64,000 bases of DNA from Squalus acanthias (Eukaryota). The stretch spans positions 119,848,001 to 119,912,000 of the forward strand of contig CM059432.1 in assembly GCA_030390025.1 (NCBI GenBank). The letters run 5' to 3'. Numbering within the stretch: position 1 is the stretch's first letter; each line of letters opens with the position of its first letter. The notes below the pieces were generated by a model. The model searched no databases. It saw nothing but the letters and a program-made list of their open reading frames with translations, and was not told the origin of the DNA. Below are positions 61,250 to 64,000 of the stretch, one piece after another. A program made the position numbers and the translations under genes.

Positions 61250-64000
61250 ATTAACTCCCAGGTCCCTCTGTCCCTGCACACTCTTTAAAACTGTGCCATT
61301 AAGTGTATATTGGCTCTCCCTGTTCCTTCTGCCAAAATGTATCACCTCACACTTCTCTGTATTAAAGTCCATCTGCCACTTGTCTTCCCATTCTGCTAGC
61401 CTTTCTATATCCTGTTGCAGTCGATTGGTATCATCATCACTGTTTGCCACACCCCCAAGTTTGGTGTCATCGGCAAATTTAGAAATTCTACTCTGTATTC
61501 CAATATCCAGATCATTTATATATAACAAACATAGCAGTGCCCCAGCACTGACCCTTGGGGAATACCACTGTCTACCATCCTCCAGTCTGAAAAATAGCCA
61601 CTTACTGCAACTCGCTTTTTTCTGTCCTTAAGCCAATTCCTTATCCAAGCTGCCACTGAACCACCTGTTCCATGAGCCTCAATTTTGTTAACCAGCCTTC
61701 TATGTGATACTTTGTCAAATGCCTTCCGAAAATCCATCTAGACAACATCCATTGCATTCCCTTCATCAATCCTCCCTATTACTTCATCAAAAACTTCAGT
61801 TAGATTAGTCAAACACGATCTGCCTTTTGCAAATCCGTGTTGGCTCTCCTTAATTAGCTTAAACCTCTCCAAGTGCCCGTTAATTTTTTCCTTCATTATT
61901 GTTTCTAAAACTTTACCCACCACTGATGTTAAACTGACTGGCCTCTAGTTACTAGGATTGTCCTTACACCCTTTCTTGAACAATGGTGTCACATTTGCCA
62001 CTTTCCAATCCTCAGGCACCTCCCCCGCATCTGGGAAAGATTGGAAAATTATGGCAAGCCCTTCCGCCATCTCCTCCCCCAATTCCCTTAGCAACCTGGG
62101 ATGCAAGTCATCTGGAACAGGTGACTTGTCCACTGTAAGCATACACAGCCTTTCTAGTACAACCTGTCTATCAATTTTCACCCCTTCCATTGCTTCTACC
62201 TTTTCCTCTGCTACCGATATTTTGTCAGCATCCACCTCCTTAGTAAACACAGATACAAAGTACTCATTGAGTATTTTAGCCTTGCCCTGCGCCTCTCAGC
62301 ATATATCACCTTCTTTGTCTCTAATAGGCCCCAGCTCGCCTCTTACTACCCGTTTACTGTATACATGCCGGTAGAAGATTTTTGGGTTTCCTTTTATGTT
62401 AACCGCCATTCTACTCTCATATTCTCTCTTTGCCAATTGTATTTTCATCTTCATATCCCCTCTCACCTTATTGTATTTGGTCTGATTCTCCCTTGAAGAA
62501 TTCACCTGACATGCATCACACACCCTCTTTTTTTGTTTCATCATCTTCTCTATCTATCTCGTCATCCAAGGAGCCCTTGCTTTAGTTCCCTTACCCTTCC
62601 CTCTTGTTGGAATGTACCTAGCCTGTACTTGGAACATCTGCTCCTTAAAGATCACCCATTGTTCCGTTACAGTTTTTCCTGTCATTCTTTGGTTCCATTT
62701 TACCCTGGCTAGATTCTTTCGCATCCCATTGAAGTTAGCCCTATTCCAGTTTAGAAGTTCCACTTTAGATTGTTCCTTGCTCCTCTCCATTGCTAATCTA
62801 AATGTTATGATACGATGATCACTCGTACCCAAGTGTTCTCCCACAGACACTTGGTCGACCTGGCCCACCTCATTCCCCAGCACCAGATCCAGCAATATCT
62901 CCTTCCTAGTTGGGCCAAGAACATATTGGTCAAGAAAATTCTCCTGAACACATTTCAGTAATTCCTCCCCCTCCTTTCCCTTTACCCTAGCATTATCCCA
63001 ATCGATATTTGGGTAATTAAAGTCCCCCAATATCATCACTCTATAGCTCTTGCATATCTCTGCGATTTCCCTGCAGATTTGCTCCTCTAACTCGCTCTCA
63101 CTATTTGGAGGCCTATAGAATACCCCAAATAGCGTGATCATAACCTTTTTGCACCTCAACTCTAACCAAATGGATTCTGTCCTTGTTCCCTCAAGAACAT
63201 CCTTCCTTTCCAACACTACAATGTCTTCCTTAATCAGCACTGCCACCCCACCTCCCTTTTTTCCTTCCTTATCTTTTCTGAACACCTTGTACTCTTGAAT
63301 ATTAAGTGCCCAGTACTCACCGTTTTTAAGTCACGTTTCCGTTAGTGCCACAACATCATTTGCCACAAGGCTAATTGTGCTTGTAGCTCACCAACCTTAT
63401 TCACCACACTTTGTGCGTTTACGTACATGCATTCTAAACCCATTTTTGACTTTTTCGTAGTCTTTCTTAGTCTGCTCCTATCTAATATGGTATTACTACT
63501 GCCTCTAGTACTATCTTCTCTAGTACTATCCAGCACACTCACTCTTTTATGCACCTTATTCCTCTTTTCTACTCCTATATGCTGGTACGCATCCTCCTGC
63601 CAAGCTTGTTTAAACCCTCCCCAACAGCACTAGCAAACCTCCCCATGAGAATATTGGTCCCGGCTCTGTTGAGGTGTAACCCGTCCGGCTTGTACAAGTC
63701 CCACCTTCCCCAGAAACTGTCCCAATGCCTCATAAGCTAAAGCCCTCCCTCCCTGCACCATCTCTCCAGCCACGCATTCATCTGTTCTATCCTCCTATTC
63801 CTGTACTCACTAGTACGTGGCACCGGGAGTAATCTGGAGATTACTACCTTTGAGGTCCTGCTTTTTAATCTCTCCCCTAGCTCCCTAAATTCTGCCTGCA
63901 GGACCTCATCCCTCTTTCTACCTATATTGTTGGTACCAATATGGACAACGACCTCTGGCTGTTCACCCTCCCCTTTCAGAGTGTCCTGCAGCCGCTCAGT

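Larger units (their letters stand above)
59516..64000 (-). mobile_element. Long CR1 LINE (ORF1 esterase C-terminus, endonuclease, RT, tail), running off the window end
   Basis: Endonuclease 62554..63285 (ILGDFNYP, TSDH), RT 61211..62250 (SKFADDTK), C-terminus 60068..60500, ORF1 (VVHIGTNN..DGLHLN) at about 63610-64000. Confidence 0.95.

Overview
Eukaryotic, repeat-dense genomic DNA. It is most likely from a cartilaginous fish (shark), inferred from an HE1-type V-SINE, SacSINE1-like DeuSINEs and HER1-like CR1 LINEs. I found no host protein-coding exon that I can support, so the window looks intronic or intergenic. It holds about a dozen CR1 LINE copies (one near full length with an esterase ORF1, three young near-identical ones). 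There is also a Gypsy gag-pol with a single nonsense codon, a solo LTR, several SINEs, two minisatellites, and many PIF/Harbinger-type elements and MITEs with 3-bp TSDs. Three of the Harbinger-type elements carry spliced 3-exon Myb/SANT pseudogenes, and no intact transposase is present. Highlights: (1) Penelope-like fold-back insertions (a 218-bp-arm palindrome, a 92-bp mini-hairpin, a third truncated copy) carrying a minimal hammerhead ribozyme motif and a fixed 36-nt tail; (2) an ORF1-only Tx1/L1-like retroelement inserted in the tRNA-like head of a SINE and itself hosting three nested insertions; (3) a 26-bp minisatellite made of near-perfect RFX X-box palindromes, partly copied into the neighbouring SINE; (4) two inverted CR1 copies sharing the same inactivating frameshift. 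All family names come from recognition by eye, not from database searches. Boundaries without TIR/TSD support are approximate.
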